Source: Neodothiora populina (lineage: Eukaryota). From it: a DNA stretch of 64,000 nucleotides. The notes beneath the pieces are model-generated. The model made no database searches and was not told where the DNA came from. It was given only the letters and a program-made list of their open reading frames with translations. Positions within the stretch are counted from its first letter, which is position 1. Each line of letters starts with the position of its first letter. A program made the translations under genes and the position numbers. The stretch spans positions 248,001-312,000 of the forward strand of contig NW_027191411.1 of the NCBI RefSeq assembly GCF_041146345.1. The letters are read 5' to 3'. Below are positions 63,357 through 64,000 of the stretch, one piece after another.

Positions 63357-64000
63357 CTAACCCCGAGCACAACCACCAGCGGCCGAAGAAGAAGTATCAC
63401 AAACAACCACAAGGCCCGGAGTGACGACGCTCTGGCGCCAACTAAATTGCGCGCCGACTCTGCTCCCCGCCCCATCGACCCCCTGAACCCCCACAGACGC
63501 ATACGCGCCATTTTGATCGTCCGGCGCTGCACCACTCGCGTCTCCGCTTCCCGTCGCGTAGTAGTTGTACACAAACTGCCCGGGTCGGTCGGTGGTGTAC
63601 GTGAGAGAGAAATGGAAGAGTTGCGACGTGTTGCCGCGGGTTAGGATCCATTCGTAGTAGACTGTGGTGTTGGTGTAGGAGTAGAATATACCTTGGCCCG
63701 GGGGGTAGGGTGAGTTGTTGTTGTTGTTGTTGCTGCTTGAAGGCGGGAGGAGGTAGAGGTCGTCGAAGAAGGGGCAGGCGGTGCTGTTGGGAATGTCGTC
63801 GTTGGATGAGGGGAGGCGCGCTGCGGAGTAGGATGCTGAGCCGGTTGTTAGGGAGAGGATCTGGTGTTGGATGTTAGTGGGTTGTCATTCTAGCTTGTCG
63901 AGAGCAGTAATTGAAGGAAAAGGAAAGGAAGGACTTACGCCGTTGGTCGAGGCAAAAGTGTGCGAGTCAGACTTTGAATATACTTGCATGGCGAACGGTA
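63357..64000 (-). CDS. 3' part of a probably secreted fungal protein with a NIDO-like domain (runs off the window)
   Basis: PFAMQVY...FASTNG|ILSL...CPFFDDLYL...QGIFY...VYYEW...FHFSLTY...ASVGVQG...QFS. Intron 63861..63938 (GTAAGT..CTAAC..CAG); stop at 63357. Confidence 0.6.

Overview
Eukaryotic, intron-containing DNA from a filamentous ascomycete (Pezizomycotina-type short GT-AG introns with CTRAY branch sites). It holds about 23 genes, mostly housekeeping. In order: TFIIIC Tfc4 (5'-truncated), an ASPM/Sha1-like CH-IQ protein, two adjacent disrupted genes (a frameshifted membrane protein and an ABHD12-like pseudogene), pyruvate decarboxylase, a G1 glutamic peptidase, MAPKKK Bck1, a secreted carboxylesterase, a Prh1/Dhr2-type helicase, Kel3, proline iminopeptidase, an FSH1 esterase, an FAD monooxygenase, the divergent biotin genes bioF/bioDA (no bioB seen), divergent histones H2B/H2A, complex I subunit B22, KGD2, ATG4, SQS1, a Zn2Cys6 transcription factor and a partial NIDO-like gene. 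The most interesting leads, all hypotheses: (1) an esterase/monooxygenase pair abutting bioF-bioDA, with PTS1-like ends on both BioF (AKL) and the monooxygenase (SKI); (2) shared G-rich motifs in the H2A and H2B 3'UTRs, plus ACGCGT in both first introns; (3) an ORF-less, strand-skewed segment beyond bioDA with Pol III-like A/B boxes; (4) a TACWGTA motif enriched in non-coding DNA. All assignments come from motif recognition by eye; no searches were run.
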